Assembly (NCBI GenBank): GCA_964641255.1
Contig: CAZXMM010000001.1
Span: 246,973 to 310,972, forward strand
Reading direction: 5' to 3'
DNA length: 64,000 bases
Source: an uncultured Gammaproteobacteria bacterium
GTDB taxonomy: Bacteria; Patescibacteriota; Microgenomatia; JAMCZE01
The notes below the pieces were generated by a model, which was not told the origin of the DNA, searched no databases, and saw only the letters and a list, made by a program, of their open reading frames with translations. Each line of letters starts with the position of its first letter. Positions within the stretch are counted from its first letter, which is position 1. Below, one piece after another: positions 9,358 to 19,500 of this stretch. The position numbers were made by a program, and so were the translations under genes.

Positions 9358-10084
9358 CAGTAAGGACCTTACATTAAAAAGAGTAATTGCCCTCCATAAA
9401 CTTTTTAAGGAAGGGATGATTCCTACTCTATCCCAACATGAGGTAAATCCAGGTCACGAAAAGGGTAGTAGAGAAAATTACCTCTACTTCACACTGGCCT
9501 CCTGTATTAACTTTCAGCGAAACTCTCCTGCCATGTGGGCTTCGGCCCTTAAAACATATAACGATCCAGAAACTCGTTACCTTTTTTTGCCTGAAGAAGT
9601 GGTGAAAAAAGATCGAGAGCAGATTCAACGAGATTTACTAAAACATAAATTGGGACTGCAGAAAAACAAACATACTGATATTTGGATTATTATTTCAAGA
9701 GCTCTTCACGAACTCTTTAATGATGATCCAAGAGAACTTCTCAAAAAAGGTGACTGGGATGTAATAAAGATTCAGGAGCTGTTACAAAAAACCCACCGCA
9801 AAGAACTTCCATATATTAGTGGTCCCAAGCTTAGTAACTATTGGCTCTATATTCTTACCCACTATACCGATGCAAAGTTTACTAATATGGAAGCGATCTC
9901 CATTATTCCCGATACACATGTGTTGCAGGGAACATTAAAATTGGGATTATCAACAGATGCTGTGTCTCCGTTAATTGCTGCAGAACTTTGGAGAGAACTT
10001 CTTGAAGGAAGTGGCGTTTCGCCAGTCGAGATGCACCCGGTACTTTGGAATTGGAGCCGCAATAACTTTCAACCAGAAGTATGA
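9338..10084 (+). CDS. Hypothetical protein, possibly a helix-hairpin-helix DNA-binding/glycosylase-like protein
   Basis: 248 aa; PYISGPKLSNYWLYIL resembles an HhH-GPD element; sits next to a clear HhH-GPD glycosylase. Confidence 0.35.
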   Translation: MKKQMTSSKDLTLKRVIALHKLFKEGMIPTLSQHEVNPGHEKGSRENYLYFTLASCINFQRNSPAMWASALKTYNDPETRYLFLPEEVVKKDREQIQRDLLKHKLGLQKNKHTDIWIIISRALHELFNDDPRELLKKGDWDVIKIQELLQKTHRKELPYISGPKLSNYWLYILTHYTDAKFTNMEAISIIPDTHVLQGTLKLGLSTDAVSPLIAAELWRELLEGSGVSPVEMHPVLWNWSRNNFQPEV

Positions 10085-11061
10085 AAAACCCTAAGAGGCT
10101 AACGCTCGCTAACACTATCACCATTGTTCCGACTGCACCGTTTGATTTCGATTCTACTTTTCATAAACCCGACCATTTCACTACAGGTGACAATGTTTGG
10201 GAGCTGGGAATAAAATGGCAGACATGGAATGTTGATAAACAAAATTTGGGAATAAAGTTTGTTAACAAAGGAACTAGGATTGACCCTAAAATAACTATGG
10301 CTATATATAGTGCGAGCCAGCTCTCTGGTAGTTTCCTTGATCAATTGTCTACAGAAGTTATTTATCGCTATAATCTCAAGCTCGATCTTACGGACTTCTA
10401 CGAACAATCAGAAAAGGATTCAGTACTATCTCCAATCATTAAACGTCTGGAGGGCATGAGACCGGGACATCCGAGTTCGCTCTACGAATACTTGATCATT
10501 GGCATTATGCTCCAGAATGCTAGCATCAGACGGTCAATCCAAATGTTTAAGAACCTTTTAGAACAGTACGGCACTCCAGTGGAATTTGATGGTAAACAGT
10601 TGTGGTCATTTTGGGACATTGGAAGGCTACAGGAGGTGAGTGAAGATGAACTCAGAGCGTTAAAAGTCGGGTACCGTGCCAAGTCAATTAAAAAAGTTGA
10701 TGACCAGTTTGCCCAAGGATTGCTTGATGAGATGAAACTTAGAAAAGAGGCACGAGAAGTTCAAATGGCTGAACTGCTTAAACTGTACGGGGTGGGACCC
10801 GCCACAGTGTGGTACTTATTATTTGATGTTTTTCATCACTGGGATTTCTTCAACCACATTTCTCCTTGGGAACAAAAAATTTATTCGAAAGTATTTTTTG
10901 ATGTAGATCCCGAAACTCCTGTTCCAGTAGAAAAACTTCTTAAACTCTTTGACAAATACGGGAGCTATAAACAGCTCGCCGTCCACTATATTTGGGAAGA
11001 TTTATGGTGGCGACGTAAAACTGAATCAATTCCGTGGTTAGAAAAACAAATTCGGGTGTAA
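10081..11061 (+). CDS. HhH-GPD superfamily DNA glycosylase (Ogg/AlkA-like)
   Basis: LLKLYGVGPATVWYLLFD helix-hairpin-helix/Gly-Val-Gly motif followed by an Asp; 326 aa. Confidence 0.55.
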   Translation: MKNPKRLTLANTITIVPTAPFDFDSTFHKPDHFTTGDNVWELGIKWQTWNVDKQNLGIKFVNKGTRIDPKITMAIYSASQLSGSFLDQLSTEVIYRYNLKLDLTDFYEQSEKDSVLSPIIKRLEGMRPGHPSSLYEYLIIGIMLQNASIRRSIQMFKNLLEQYGTPVEFDGKQLWSFWDIGRLQEVSEDELRALKVGYRAKSIKKVDDQFAQGLLDEMKLRKEAREVQMAELLKLYGVGPATVWYLLFDVFHHWDFFNHISPWEQKIYSKVFFDVDPETPVPVEKLLKLFDKYGSYKQLAVHYIWEDLWWRRKTESIPWLEKQIRV

Positions 11062-11069
11062 ATTATCCT

Positions 11070-11693
11070 ATGGCTAAACAAAGACCGGGGTTTGCCGCCC
11101 CAGATGATCCTATTTTAACAATCCGGGCCGAAGAAATTCCTGCTGTGCAAATTACCCTTCCAGCGACTCAGGCCATTGTGACGCAGTTGTTAACTTATGC
11201 TCTTGGGGAGCAGCTAGATAGCCAGAAGCCCCTATTGGTGGGCCTAGCCGCTCCTCAAGTTAAAATATCCAAGCGCATTATTCTCGTCGACGTCTTGGCC
11301 AATGGTAAGGGCTTAGTTGGTGATCTGCGACTCTATATTAATCCGGAGATTATCTGGCGTTCGGAAGAAAAAAACGAATGGTACGAAGGTTGCTTTAGCA
11401 CTGATCGGGTGTGCGGTATTGTCTCTAGACCGACAAAAATAAAAATTCGGGCTTATACTAAGGAGGGAAAACAGGTTGAGGAGTCATACGAAGGTTATAC
11501 CGCCCGAATTTTCCAGCACGAGATTGATCATCTGGATGGCAAAGAATTCACGACCCATATTACAAATGATAGTAATCTGCACTGGGTAGAAGACGAGGAA
11601 TTTCCGCTGTATCGTAACAATGGGGGCTGGCGTGCCTGGCCCAATAAGTGTCCCAGAGAAAAATGGGAGAAGATTAAAGGAATTAAAATATAG
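11070..11693 (+). CDS. def: Peptide deformylase
   Basis: GLAAPQV, EGCFS, QHEIDHLDG motifs; start taken at MAKQRPG (ATG at 11070). Confidence 0.85.
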   Translation: MAKQRPGFAAPDDPILTIRAEEIPAVQITLPATQAIVTQLLTYALGEQLDSQKPLLVGLAAPQVKISKRIILVDVLANGKGLVGDLRLYINPEIIWRSEEKNEWYEGCFSTDRVCGIVSRPTKIKIRAYTKEGKQVEESYEGYTARIFQHEIDHLDGKEFTTHITNDSNLHWVEDEEFPLYRNNGGWRAWPNKCPREKWEKIKGIKI

Positions 11694-11695
11694 TC

Positions 11696-12121
11696 ATGGA
11701 TATAACTAAAAACATTAGAAAATCAGCTGCCATTCTTCTAAAAGACCGTAAACTGCTAGTGGTAAAGGAGAAGGACAAGGAGTTTTTCATTTCTCCAGGG
11801 GGCAAACCAGAACCGGGCGAAAGCCTGGAAGAAACGCTGATTCGAGAGCTAAGAGAGGAGCTAGGGCTTGAGACAACCCCTGAGCAGTTTGAGCTCTTTG
11901 GAACTTTTACTGCCACAGCAGCTGGCCACGATAATGTGATAGTTGAGATAACGGCTTTTCTTGTAAACAATTGGAATCCCGAGAGTATCAAACTTAATCC
12001 GCACGATAAGGTGAACGAATACTGCTGGGTCGATACTAGCTCCGCCACGAGTATTGAACTCGGTTCCATTTTTAAACACGAAGTCGTGCCCAAACTTAAA
12101 AACCTAGATTTACTAGATTAG
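11696..12121 (+). CDS. Nudix hydrolase
   Basis: Nudix box GGKPEPGESLEETLIRELREELG. Confidence 0.8.
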   Translation: MDITKNIRKSAAILLKDRKLLVVKEKDKEFFISPGGKPEPGESLEETLIRELREELGLETTPEQFELFGTFTATAAGHDNVIVEITAFLVNNWNPESIKLNPHDKVNEYCWVDTSSATSIELGSIFKHEVVPKLKNLDLLD

Positions 12122-12128
12122 TCTCACT

Positions 12129-12147
12129 CAAATCTCCCCCCTTGCAT
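12129..12147 (+). promoter_or_regulatory. 17-nt motif CAAATCTCCCCCCTTGC ending in a -35-like TTGCAT, upstream of rpoB; second copy upstream of tuf
   Basis: Exact 17-nt identity with 24720-24736; each is about 130-150 nt upstream of the ORF. Confidence 0.45.
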
Positions 12148-12221
12148 CCATTTAAACTTGTGTTAAACTTATTCTCAGCTCAATAGATTTTTTAGGCGTA
12201 CATATTGTGGGTACGCTTCTT

Positions 12222-12248
12222 ATTGTCGTGCAAAACGACAATGTTTTT
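12222..12248 (+). terminator. Perfect 8-bp hairpin (ATTGTCGT-gcaaa-ACGACAAT) plus GTTTTTG, 29 nt upstream of rpoB ATG; candidate attenuator
   Basis: Inverted repeat read directly; lies downstream of the putative promoter motif and upstream of rpoB. Confidence 0.5.
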
Positions 12249-12276
12249 GTACACCCTGCCAGCTAGACGTTACTGA

Positions 12277-15200
12277 ATGGCTAAACAAACTCAAAAATCA
12301 TCTGTTACTCCTCCTGCTTATAATGCGAAGCCGCGTTTGTATTGGGGTCGAACCTACCCGTCACTTCCGGAAATGGATTTTGTCTCCATCCAAAGAGAAT
12401 CCTACGAGCAGTTTCTTAAAGAAGGAATGCGTAGTCTCATTGACGAAGTGTCTCCTATTTCAGATTTTACTGGCAAAAACTGGGAGCTTACTCTAGGAGA
12501 ATATACTTTTGGTAAGCCCAAATATACGGCAGAGTCGTCTGAGCTGAAAGGCGTCACCTATGATATGCCGGTTCGCATCGAGGCTAGGCTTCTTAACAAA
12601 CAAACCGGCGAGGTGACGACTCAAGAAGTTTTCTTTGGCGAGCTTCCAGTAATGACTCCCCAGGGAACCTTTGTTATTAATGGTATTGAGCGGGTGGTCG
12701 TGAACCAACTCGTGCGCTCGGCCGGAGTATATTTTTTGGGCGATGTTGATACGGTATCGGGTCGATTACTCTATTTTGCCGAAATTCGGCCCTCCTTCAA
12801 GGGGAGCTGGTTAGAGTTTAATATTTCCCGTAATAATGTCATTTCGGTTCGGATTGACCGTCGTCGCAAGTTTCCTGTAACTACGTTTTTACGATCAATT
12901 GGTTATGGATCAGATGAGGAAATCAGAAAACTTTTTGCTGAAGTTGATACTGGGGCAGAATCTTTTATCGAGGCTACTCTCAAAAAAGACGTGACTCATG
13001 GGTCGTCTGAGGGAGCAATGGAGATTTACAAGAAAATGCGTCCTGGAGAGCCAGTGGTAGCCGAAACTGCCATGGCTTTTATTAACGATATGTTCTTTAA
13101 CCTCAGACGTTACAACTTGGGTAAAGTGGGTCGCTATAAGCTTAATAAACGTTTAAATTTGGACATCCCCAACACCCCGGAATTTGGGGTACTTCGTCCC
13201 GAAGATATTGTCGAAACGATCAAATATTTAATTCGTTTACAAAAGAATGACCCAAATGTTTACACTGATGATATTGATCATCTAGCAAACCGGCGGTTGC
13301 GTCGAGTTGGAGAATTAGTAGGGACAATTTCGTTCCGGCTGGGGCTGGCTCGATTAGAGAAAGCTGTAAAGGAGCGAATGAGTCTCCTCGATCCCAAAAC
13401 TCGGGTTATGCCCAATCAGGTGATCAATGCCCGTCCCCTTATTTCTGCAGTTAATGAATTTTTCCGGACTTCCCAATTATCTTCTATTCTTGATCAGACT
13501 AACCCTTTGTCAGAAGTTGATACTTTAAGAAAATTGACAGTAATGGGTATGGGAGGGATTTCTAGAGAACGGGCCAGTTTTTCCATTCGCGACATTAACG
13601 CTTCTCAGTACAGTCGTATCTGTCCAGTCCGCTCCCCTGAGGGGCCAAATATTGGACTGGTAACTTATATGAGTCTATACGCAAGAGTAGACGAATTTGG
13701 TTTTTTGCTTGCCCCTTACCGCAAGGTTCGTCACAGTGGTGACCAAGTACAGTTAACGGAAGAAATTGTTTATCTCTCAGCCGATGATGAGCGAGAATTG
13801 AGGATAACTCACGCTGGGGTCACCGTTGATGACCGGGGTTATATTTTGGATAAGCGCGTGCCGGTTCGTTTCCGAGACGACTTTTTAGAAGTAAGTATTG
13901 GGGAGGTCGATCTGATTGACGTATTGCCACGCCAGGTAGTGGGAACCGCCGCTGCACTTATTCCCTTCCTGCAACATGATGATGGTATTCGTGCTTTGAT
14001 GGCTGCCAATATGCAAGCTCAGGCAGTGCCATTAGTCAAAGCGGAAGCTCCGGTGGTAGGAACCGGTGTAGAAAAAGAAGTAGCCGGGGCGATGGGCTGG
14101 GTACTACGGGCTAGGCACGATGGCGAAGTTATTTTTAGTGATGGTTCAAAAGTAACTTTAAAACTAACTAAGACACCTGATAAGGAAGAGCAGAAACAAT
14201 CACAAAACCCCAATATCAAACTAACCGGAGGAACAGAGACCTATTTTACCACCAAGTTTAAAAGAACTAATCCCAATGGTTCGTGTTACAACCAACGGGT
14301 AGTTGTCAATGTAGGGGACAATATCAAAGCTGGAGATATTCTAATTGATGGACCAGCCGCTGTTGGTGGAGAACTCGCCCTTGGTATCAATCTTACCATT
14401 GCTTACGCTCATTTTGAGGGCTTTGGTTACGAAGATGCCATTATTATCTCTGAACGCCTGGTTCGCGAAGATCTCTTAACCAGCATCCACATTGAAGAAT
14501 ACGAGTGTGAAGTGGTTGATACTAAATTGGGGGTCGAGGAACTAACTCGAGATATTCCTAATGTAGGCGAGTCTGATTTGGCTATGCTCGATGAGGAGGG
14601 TATTGTTGTCGTGGGTGCAGAAGTCGGTCCTAACGACATTTTGGTAGGCAAGATTGCTCCCAAAGGCGAAACCGAACTGTCCGCAGAAGAGCGACTACTG
14701 CGAGCTATATTTGGAGAGAAGGCCAGAGAAGTTAGAGATACTTCGCTGCGGATGCCACACGGGGAGCGAGGAACAGTAATTGGGATCAATATTTTATCAA
14801 AGGCTAACGGGGACGAACTTACACCCGGAACAAACCAGTTGATTAAAGTTAAGGTGGCCCAAATGCGCAAAATTTCCGTCGGAGATAAGGTTAAAGGCCG
14901 CCACGGCAACAAAGGAGTCATTAGTCGAATTGTGGCTATGGCAGACATGCCCTATCTAGCCGATGGTCGACCAGTTGACATTATCATTTCTTCTTTGTCA
15001 GTCCTTAGCCGAATGAATTTAGGCCAACTGTTGGAAGCCCATCTTGGTTGGGCAATGACTGAGTTGACTGATAAGGTTACCGTGCCCGTATTTGAAAATA
15101 TAGCCGAAGAGTTAATTGCCGGTGCTCTTAGGAAAGCCAATCTGCCAATTGATGGCAAAGCTATAGTCTATGACGGTCGAACCGGTGAAGCCTTTGCTAA

Positions 15201-15762
15201 CCCAATCGTTGTGGGCACAACCTATATTCTCAAACTACATCACATGGTCGAGGATAAGACCCACGCTCGCTCGACTGGGCCTTATTCTTTGGTAACTCAG
15301 CAGCCCCTGGGTGGTAAAGCTCAAATGGGAGGTCAGCGCGTTGGAGAAATGGAAGTGTGGGCTCTTGAGGCCCACCGTGCTGCCTACACTCTGCAAGAAA
15401 TGTTGACCATTAAATCTGATGATGTAGTCGGAAGAGCTAAGGCTTTTGAAGCCATTGTCAAAGGTACGGATATTCCCCAGTCGACTATTCCAGAATCGTT
15501 TAAAGTTTTAGTTAAAGAGCTGCAGAGCCTCGGACTATCCATTAAACCCGTGGGTGTGATAACATCAGCCCAAGCAGCTGATGATACCGCTTCCCCAACA
15601 CCAACAGCGTCTAGCACTGATGACACAGTCCAAAAAGAAGTCGCCGAGTTGGAAAAGGTCTTGGATGCCGATGTTTTAGAGGCTACTGACAGCGAACTAC
15701 CTGCGGCGGGTATGGAAATCGAAACAACTGACGAGGTTAAAGTAGAGAGCAAAGACGAGTAA
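12277..15762 (+). CDS. rpoB: DNA-directed RNA polymerase beta subunit
   Basis: 1161 aa; RpoB-like sequence throughout, typical length. Confidence 0.97.
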   Translation: MAKQTQKSSVTPPAYNAKPRLYWGRTYPSLPEMDFVSIQRESYEQFLKEGMRSLIDEVSPISDFTGKNWELTLGEYTFGKPKYTAESSELKGVTYDMPVRIEARLLNKQTGEVTTQEVFFGELPVMTPQGTFVINGIERVVVNQLVRSAGVYFLGDVDTVSGRLLYFAEIRPSFKGSWLEFNISRNNVISVRIDRRRKFPVTTFLRSIGYGSDEEIRKLFAEVDTGAESFIEATLKKDVTHGSSEGAMEIYKKMRPGEPVVAETAMAFINDMFFNLRRYNLGKVGRYKLNKRLNLDIPNTPEFGVLRPEDIVETIKYLIRLQKNDPNVYTDDIDHLANRRLRRVGELVGTISFRLGLARLEKAVKERMSLLDPKTRVMPNQVINARPLISAVNEFFRTSQLSSILDQTNPLSEVDTLRKLTVMGMGGISRERASFSIRDINASQYSRICPVRSPEGPNIGLVTYMSLYARVDEFGFLLAPYRKVRHSGDQVQLTEEIVYLSADDERELRITHAGVTVDDRGYILDKRVPVRFRDDFLEVSIGEVDLIDVLPRQVVGTAAALIPFLQHDDGIRALMAANMQAQAVPLVKAEAPVVGTGVEKEVAGAMGWVLRARHDGEVIFSDGSKVTLKLTKTPDKEEQKQSQNPNIKLTGGTETYFTTKFKRTNPNGSCYNQRVVVNVGDNIKAGDILIDGPAAVGGELALGINLTIAYAHFEGFGYEDAIIISERLVREDLLTSIHIEEYECEVVDTKLGVEELTRDIPNVGESDLAMLDEEGIVVVGAEVGPNDILVGKIAPKGETELSAEERLLRAIFGEKAREVRDTSLRMPHGERGTVIGINILSKANGDELTPGTNQLIKVKVAQMRKISVGDKVKGRHGNKGVISRIVAMADMPYLADGRPVDIIISSLSVLSRMNLGQLLEAHLGWAMTELTDKVTVPVFENIAEELIAGALRKANLPIDGKAIVYDGRTGEAFANPIVVGTTYILKLHHMVEDKTHARSTGPYSLVTQQPLGGKAQMGGQRVGEMEVWALEAHRAAYTLQEMLTIKSDDVVGRAKAFEAIVKGTDIPQSTIPESFKVLVKELQSLGLSIKPVGVITSAQAADDTASPTPTASSTDDTVQKEVAELEKVLDADVLEATDSELPAAGMEIETTDEVKVESKDE

Positions 15763-15765
15763 GCT

Positions 15766-18700
15766 ATGCAAAAACCACAAGACAACATCGCTCATATTGT
15801 TGACTTTAAGGGTCTTAAGGTTTCTCTGGCTTCGGCGGCCGAAATGCTGTCTTGGTCTCATGGAGAGGTTACTAAGCCGGAGACAATCAATTACCGGACC
15901 CTAAAACCAGAAAAAGACGGGTTGTTCTCTGAAAACATCTTCGGTCCAACCAAAGACTGGGAGTGTTATTGTGGCAAATATAAACGGATTCGCTACCGTG
16001 GCATTATTTGTGACAAATGTGGGGTTGAGGTGACTCAATCAAAAGTTCGCCGTGAGCGGATGGGACACATTACGTTGGCTGTTCCAGTAGTTCATGTCTG
16101 GTATTTTAAAGGAGCGCCGTCAAAAATTTCTCTTTTATTAGATATTCCTCCCCGGGCCTTAGAAAATGTCATCTATTTTGCTTCTTATCTAGTTCTGGGG
16201 GTCAATGAGAACGAACGAGATACAGTAGTAAGCAATTTAAAGAAGACCATGGAAGAGCGTCAAAAAGCGCTAGAAGCGGCTTTTAACGAGAAAATTACTG
16301 AGGAGAAAAAAGTAGCTCTAGAAAAGGAAACGGAACAAAAAGCCAAGGTCCATCACGACAAAGCCCAGTTTGACCTGATTCTCAGTGAGATTGAGTTGTC
16401 CCGAAAACAAAAAATCGCCAAACTCGAAGAAGAATATGCTCTTGAGAAAAATCGTTTGGGTGAGATTTATCGTGCTCTTTCCGATTTGGTTAAAAGTGTT
16501 AAACCCCTCGCCCAGCTTACTGAAGAAGAATATCTCAAGCTGGATGAGTATGGAGCTGCTCAATTTTTGCAGGTGGGTATGGGAGCCGAAGCAGTCTTAG
16601 AAGCTCTCAAACTTATTAATTTAGACAAGATGGCGGCAGAATTACGTGAAGAACTAGTTGATGCTAGCACCCAACGCCGGGTGAAGGCCATTAAGCAGTT
16701 ACGTATTGTTGATGGGCTAAGAAAAGCCAACATTCGTCCCGAGTGGATGGTTCTTGAGATTCTACCAGTAATTCCCCCAGATCTAAGACCGATGGTGCAG
16801 CTTTCTGGAGGCAGATTCGCCACTTCCGACCTTAACGATTTGTATCGTCGAGTCATTAATCGTAATAATCGTCTGAAGCATCTTATCGACTTGGGAGCTC
16901 CAGAAATTATTCTGCGTAACGAAAAGCGAATGCTCCAGGAGGCAGTCGATTCTCTAATCGATACCGCTCAAAGACCAAGTACTCGCTCTAATGCCGCTGA
17001 ATTAAAAAGTCTATCTGAGATGCTACGTGGTAAGCAAGGACGTTTCCGCCAAAATCTTCTCGGCAAACGGGTTGACTATTCTGGTCGGTCAGTTATTGTC
17101 GCTGGTCCTCACTTAAGACTAAATCAATGCGGTATTCCCAAGGAGATGGCTCTGGAAATGTTCAAACCCTTTGTACTACGGGAGCTAATCGTTCGGGGCT
17201 TCGCTCCCAATGTCAGATCGGCTAAATACATTTTGGATCGGCGCACTCCGGAAGTTTTTGATATTTTGGAAGAAATTACCAAAAATCATCCCGTACTTCT
17301 CAATCGGGCGCCCACTCTTCATAAACTAAGTATTCAAGCCTTTTATCCAATTCTTATTGAAGGGTCCGCTATTCAGGTTCACCCCCTCGTGTGCAGTGGT
17401 TTTAACGCTGATTTTGACGGTGATCAAATGGCGGTTCACGTACCGCTAAGCAGCGCTGCTCGAGCTGAGGCCGCTAATCTTATGATGGCCGAACACAACC
17501 TTCTTAAACCCTCAGATGGGTCGCCAGTTGGGTTGCCTAATAAAGAGATGATTCTAGGACTCTATTTCTTCACCTCTATCGATGAGCGTCTTACACCCCC
17601 ACCCACCATTTTTGCTGACTTTTCTGAGGCCGTTGTAGCTTATCAAGAGAGAAAGATTCAATTGCGACAGGTGATTAAGATCATGATTGGAAAGAATATT
17701 GTCGAGACCACGGTGGGTCGGGTTTTACTCAACGAATTTATTCCCACTCAACTTGGCTTTATCAACGAAACCATTAATTCTAGTAGGATCAAGTCTCTCA
17801 TGTCTCGGGCGATGGATTTGTGCTCAAGAGAAGAAGTAGCCACTCTTCTTGATAATGTTAAAGCGGTGGGTTTCCAAGGAGCCACTATTTCTGGAGTCTC
17901 GGTCGGAATGTTTGATTTAGTCATGATTGGCAATAAGGGGGAGATGATCGGCGAAGCGGAGTTACAGGCTACTGAAATTGAGGAAAATTATCGATCGGGA
18001 CTAATTACTGCTGAGGAAATGCACCGTCTCCAAAATGATGTCTGGATGGACGCTACGGACGAAATTGCTGAACTCACTTGGAATGCTTATACCAAAGATA
18101 ATCCCGTTAAGGTGATTTTGGAAGCAGGAGCCGGACGATCTAGTCGAGATAATCTTAAGCAGATCTCGGGTATGCGGGGGTTGATGGTTGATCCTATGGG
18201 TCGGCTGATTCCGATGCCGACCAAATCCAATTTCCGCCAGGGACTAAATGTTTTTGAATACATCACTGGAACGCGAGGCACACGCAAGTCTCTTGCTGAT
18301 ACGGCTCTACGCACCGCCGATGCTGGCTATCTGACTCGTCGTCTCGTCGATGTGTCTCATGACGCGATTATCCGCATGGTTGATTGTGGTACCAAGCAGG
18401 GTATTGAAATTTCTCGCGAAGAACACCGTCAAGCCACTTTTGCGCAGCGAATTTTGGGTCGTTTTCTGGCTGCAGATGTCAAAGATAACAAGCGGGTTAT
18501 AGCGAGGGCGGGGGACAATATTGATGAATTGGTTTTAGCAGAAATCGAAGCTGCTAAAGTAGCTAGTGTATTTGTTAGGTCACCACTTACCTGCCAAGCC
18601 CATTATGGTCTATGCCAAACTTGCTATGGTCGCGATATTGCTACTCGGGTTTTAGTCGAACTTGGTACACCAGTTGGTGTCATCGCCGCGCAATCAATTG

Positions 18701-19497
18701 GAGAGCAAGGGATTCAGCTGACTTTACGTACTAAACACTCGGGCGGGATTGTCGTTGCTCAGGATGTAACTCAGGGTTTACCTCGGGTTGAGGAGCTCTT
18801 TGAAGCGCGGTCTCCCAAGATTCTTTCGCCGATTGCCGAGATCGCCGGTAAAGTAGAGGTGGCCGAAATGGTCGACGGCTTTAAGGTCAGAGTTCGTACG
18901 ACCACCAAACCAGTTGAAGAACGGGAATATTTAATTCCCTTAACCGCTCAGTTAAAGGTCAGTGATGGTGACTTGGTGGTCGCTGGAACGCAACTGTCGA
19001 CCGGGTCCCTAGATCTTAAAGACGTCCTAGCGGTGCGGGGATTAGCTGGTGCTCAGCGCTATCTCATTGATCAGCTGCAGGAGGTGTATGAATCACAGGG
19101 AATTGGTATCAACGACAAGCACTTTGAAACCATTGTGAGAAAGATGTCTGACAAGGTCAGAATTGAGACCTCGGGTGATACGATTTTCCTTCCCGGCGAA
19201 TTTATTGATCGCACTAGATTTGAGGATGAGAATGCTAGGGTGTTGGCTGCCGGAGGAGAGCCATCCTCTGCCGAACTGACTATTTTGGGCGTAACTAGAG
19301 CCTCACTCTATACTCCTTCGTGGTTATCGGCGGCTTCGTTCGAACGGGTGACTCAAGTCTTAACGGATGCCGCTCTTCGTGGAGCTGAAGATTCATTGCT
19401 AGGGTTAAAAGAAAATGTTATTATTGGGCGCCTTATCCCCACCTCTGCTGAACGAGCCAGGTTGGAGGGTAATGAGCCAGTAGTTCTAGAAGCCTAA
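15766..19497 (+). CDS. rpoC: DNA-directed RNA polymerase beta-prime subunit
   Basis: 1243 aa; NADFDGDQMAVH catalytic motif; zinc-binding Cys near the N-terminus. Confidence 0.97.
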   Translation: MQKPQDNIAHIVDFKGLKVSLASAAEMLSWSHGEVTKPETINYRTLKPEKDGLFSENIFGPTKDWECYCGKYKRIRYRGIICDKCGVEVTQSKVRRERMGHITLAVPVVHVWYFKGAPSKISLLLDIPPRALENVIYFASYLVLGVNENERDTVVSNLKKTMEERQKALEAAFNEKITEEKKVALEKETEQKAKVHHDKAQFDLILSEIELSRKQKIAKLEEEYALEKNRLGEIYRALSDLVKSVKPLAQLTEEEYLKLDEYGAAQFLQVGMGAEAVLEALKLINLDKMAAELREELVDASTQRRVKAIKQLRIVDGLRKANIRPEWMVLEILPVIPPDLRPMVQLSGGRFATSDLNDLYRRVINRNNRLKHLIDLGAPEIILRNEKRMLQEAVDSLIDTAQRPSTRSNAAELKSLSEMLRGKQGRFRQNLLGKRVDYSGRSVIVAGPHLRLNQCGIPKEMALEMFKPFVLRELIVRGFAPNVRSAKYILDRRTPEVFDILEEITKNHPVLLNRAPTLHKLSIQAFYPILIEGSAIQVHPLVCSGFNADFDGDQMAVHVPLSSAARAEAANLMMAEHNLLKPSDGSPVGLPNKEMILGLYFFTSIDERLTPPPTIFADFSEAVVAYQERKIQLRQVIKIMIGKNIVETTVGRVLLNEFIPTQLGFINETINSSRIKSLMSRAMDLCSREEVATLLDNVKAVGFQGATISGVSVGMFDLVMIGNKGEMIGEAELQATEIEENYRSGLITAEEMHRLQNDVWMDATDEIAELTWNAYTKDNPVKVILEAGAGRSSRDNLKQISGMRGLMVDPMGRLIPMPTKSNFRQGLNVFEYITGTRGTRKSLADTALRTADAGYLTRRLVDVSHDAIIRMVDCGTKQGIEISREEHRQATFAQRILGRFLAADVKDNKRVIARAGDNIDELVLAEIEAAKVASVFVRSPLTCQAHYGLCQTCYGRDIATRVLVELGTPVGVIAAQSIGEQGIQLTLRTKHSGGIVVAQDVTQGLPRVEELFEARSPKILSPIAEIAGKVEVAEMVDGFKVRVRTTTKPVEEREYLIPLTAQLKVSDGDLVVAGTQLSTGSLDLKDVLAVRGLAGAQRYLIDQLQEVYESQGIGINDKHFETIVRKMSDKVRIETSGDTIFLPGEFIDRTRFEDENARVLAAGGEPSSAELTILGVTRASLYTPSWLSAASFERVTQVLTDAALRGAEDSLLGLKENVIIGRLIPTSAERARLEGNEPVVLEA

Positions 19498-19500
19498 TTT

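Noticed and set aside
12493-19497. Multiple 60-170-aa ORFs inside rpoB and rpoC on other frames or strands (e.g. 14427-14948, 15384-15788, 16318-16563)
   Set aside because: Fully nested within genes of unambiguous identity; low-complexity Ser/Thr/Ala-rich translations typical of antisense frames.
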